From a virus (Duplodnaviria; Caudoviricetes): 27,364 nt of DNA. The stretch lies in the IMG/VR virus record IMGVR_UViG_3300020044_008670, positions 1-27,364 of that record; one strand, given 5' to 3'. This document shows, piece after piece, positions 26,712 to 27,364 of the stretch; position 1 is the first letter of the stretch, and the number at the start of each line of letters is the position of its first letter. The notes under the pieces are model-generated. The model did not search any database and was not told the origin of the DNA. It saw nothing but the letters and a program-made list of their open reading frames with translations. The translations under genes were made by a program, and so were the position numbers.

Positions 26712-27364
26712 ATGAAGGTACGTTATACAGTTCCGTCCGACCAGTCCTACGTGAGCTATTCGGGAAACGGGTCTACGCTCGTGTTCCCCGTGCCTTTCGT
26801 GTTCTTTGAGGCCGCGGACCTGGAAGTCTCGCTGGTTAATATCGCGACCGGGGTGGAGACAGCGCAGGTTCTAACCTCCGACTACTCCGTCACAGGTGGC
26901 AGCGCGGGGGAAGGCCCGCTAACCGGCTCCGTTTCCATGGGCACCGCGCCCCCCGCGGGCACGACACTGGTTATTCAGCGCGCGATCGAGTTTACGCAGG
27001 AGATCGACTACCAGGCCAACGACGGCTTCCCAGCGGAGGTCAACGAGGAAGGTCTGGACCGCGTCACCATGCTGGCGCAGCAGGCTGATCTCCGCGCTCG
27101 TCAATCCCCTAAGCTACCTGCCTCGTTCGACCCCAGCGGTGATCCGGTAACGATCGCTGCCCCGGTCGCCCAGCAGATGCTTATCGGCAACGCGGGGGGC
27201 ACAGGCTGGGACAATATAACCCTGGCCTCTGTTGCCGCAGGTGTCGCGGCCAACCTCCCCGACGTGGCCCTGCCGGGCCGCATCGTAGTGCAGGGCACCG
27301 CCAGCGCCGCCACCGACACCGCCGCCCTGGCCGCAGCTATCACCGCCGCGTCGGGCACCGGGAC
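26712..27364 (+). CDS. Tail fibre/tailspike with T7 gp17-like N-terminal anchor, truncated by the window
   Basis: Not in the ORF track. MKVRYTVPSDQSYVSYSGNGSTLVFPVPF...DYSVTG...LVIQR...FPAEVNEEGLDRVTMLAQQ. Confidence 0.9.
   Translation, partial: MKVRYTVPSDQSYVSYSGNGSTLVFPVPFVFFEAADLEVSLVNIATGVETAQVLTSDYSVTGGSAGEGPLTGSVSMGTAPPAGTTLVIQRAIEFTQEIDYQANDGFPAEVNEEGLDRVTMLAQQADLRARQSPKLPASFDPSGDPVTIAAPVAQQMLIGNAGGTGWDNITLASVAAGVAANLPDVALPGRIVVQGTASAATDTAALAAAITAASGTG

Noticed and set aside
1-27364. Stop-codon reassignment, tRNA genes, integrase or RNA polymerase
   Set aside because: Conserved genes are intact under the standard code with all three stops used; none of these genes was recognisable in the window.

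Overview
The window is a contiguous piece of a GC-rich podovirus genome with BPP-1/epsilon15/T7-type morphogenesis genes. An alphaproteobacterial host is inferred. From left to right it holds: a leftward hexapeptide-repeat gene cut by the window edge; an HTH gene and a Prim-Pol/RepA-type primase-helicase; a convergent gene whose C-terminus resembles the primase C-terminus; an origin-like intergenic region; a possible small terminase; an early-type cluster of small genes; large terminase; an HExxH metallopeptidase; small virion genes; portal, scaffold, major capsid and decoration proteins; tail adaptor, HNH endonuclease, tail nozzle and a GNAT-like gene; three ejection proteins; and the start of a T7-type tail fibre. 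The most striking observation is a short N-terminal motif ending in Tyr on six virion or assembly proteins (MIVRY|D, MQVRY|D, MRVRY|D, MKVRY|T, MRILY|S, ..FRIYY|D). In several it lies just before the position where homologues normally begin. Together with the HExxH peptidase encoded after TerL, this suggests a phage leader-peptide processing system. Other notable signals are recurrent leaderless-type promoters, an AT-recoded 5' end of the nozzle gene next to the HNH gene, and several repeats around the early module. All calls come from reading motifs by eye; no database search was run.
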